Shown here in pieces: positions 63,654-64,000 of a stretch of DNA of 64,000 nt. The notes under the pieces were generated by a model. The model was not told the DNA's origin. It worked only from the letters and a program-made list of their open reading frames with translations, and searched no databases. The position numbers were made by a program, and so were the translations under genes. Every line of letters starts with the position of its first letter. The first letter of the stretch is position 1. The stretch is from Pelagomonas calceolata (Eukaryota), in contig CAKKNE010000004.1 in NCBI GenBank assembly GCA_918797485.1, positions 4,526,001 to 4,590,000 on the forward strand, in the 5' to 3' direction.

Positions 63654-64000
63654 TTACACTCCTTGCTCCGCAGTAGGCGCTGGGGTCGGTTCCGAAGGAG
63701 GCTCTGCCGCCGGCCCGGCAATGGCTTCCTCCGCCATCTCGCACGCCGTCCGGAACATACCCAGGAACATGCCCGCCTCGGCGAAACCAGCTGAAGCCTC
63801 GAGGATGTCAGGAGAAGGCAGCGGCGGCACGCCCGCCCGTCGCACGGCCGCCGCGACCGCGTCCCGATCCCCGGGCCGGTCCTCCAGCAGGAACCGCAGC
63901 TGGCAGTGTACTACCAAAGCCTCGAGCGCGCTGCCCGCACACATATCGTCGAGGCCCTGGAGCGCGTCCTCGTTTTCGATAGCAGCGTCGAAGGCGCGCC
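63654..64000 (-). CDS. 3' end of an uncharacterised gene running off the window
   Basis: Open frame ...AFDAAIENEDALQGLDDMCAGSALEALVV...AEQGV* reaches the window edge. Confidence 0.55.
   Translation of the reverse strand, partial: RAFDAAIENEDALQGLDDMCAGSALEALVVHCQLRFLLEDRPGDRDAVAAAVRRAGVPPLPSPDILEASAGFAEAGMFLGMFRTACEMAEEAIAGPAAEPPSEPTPAPTAEQGV

Noticed and set aside
1..64000. tRNA/rRNA genes or an autonomous transposase/reverse transcriptase
   Set aside because: None recognised by eye; tRNAscan-SE, Infernal and TE HMM searches would be needed to exclude them

Overview
This is a gene-dense, GC-rich eukaryotic nuclear window. Bipartite signal+'AF/AL' plastid presequences and introns made from short TIR/8-bp-TSD elements point to a pelagophyte alga, probably Pelagomonas-like (inference only). 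About 35 protein-coding genes can be modelled, including FSH1 hydrolase, SAAL1, RPS27, RPS29, a synthetase-only RelA/SpoT protein, ASCC3 helicase, alanine aminotransferase, calpain, an NSF-like AAA ATPase, an MDP1-CSD-ASCH fusion, thioredoxin, a ~3200-aa IQ/coiled-coil protein, SDR, a UBA-PH-PDZ-SH3 protein, M16 peptidase, a mitochondrial carrier, EngB/YihA and an RCCR-like protein. Five structures go beyond the genes. (1) A family of introner elements (CTGTGTGGAAATCAA...TTGATTTCCACACAG, 8-bp TSD starting GT/GC) in several states of decay, with a shared core motif CACGCCATCGACGCG. (2) A 21-22-bp motif CTAG-CG-N3/4-GTAAGACA-CTAG, found about once per upstream region, mostly in divergent promoters. 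(3) A Cys-rich, probably GPI-anchored two-repeat surface-protein gene bracketed by 24-bp inverted repeats and outer 33-bp direct repeats. (4) An intron apparently born from a tandem duplication. (5) A folded, repeat-rich non-coding block near 62.3-62.7 kb. No rRNA, tRNA or CRISPR array was recognised. All splice models were checked by hand for reading-frame consistency only, not against transcripts.
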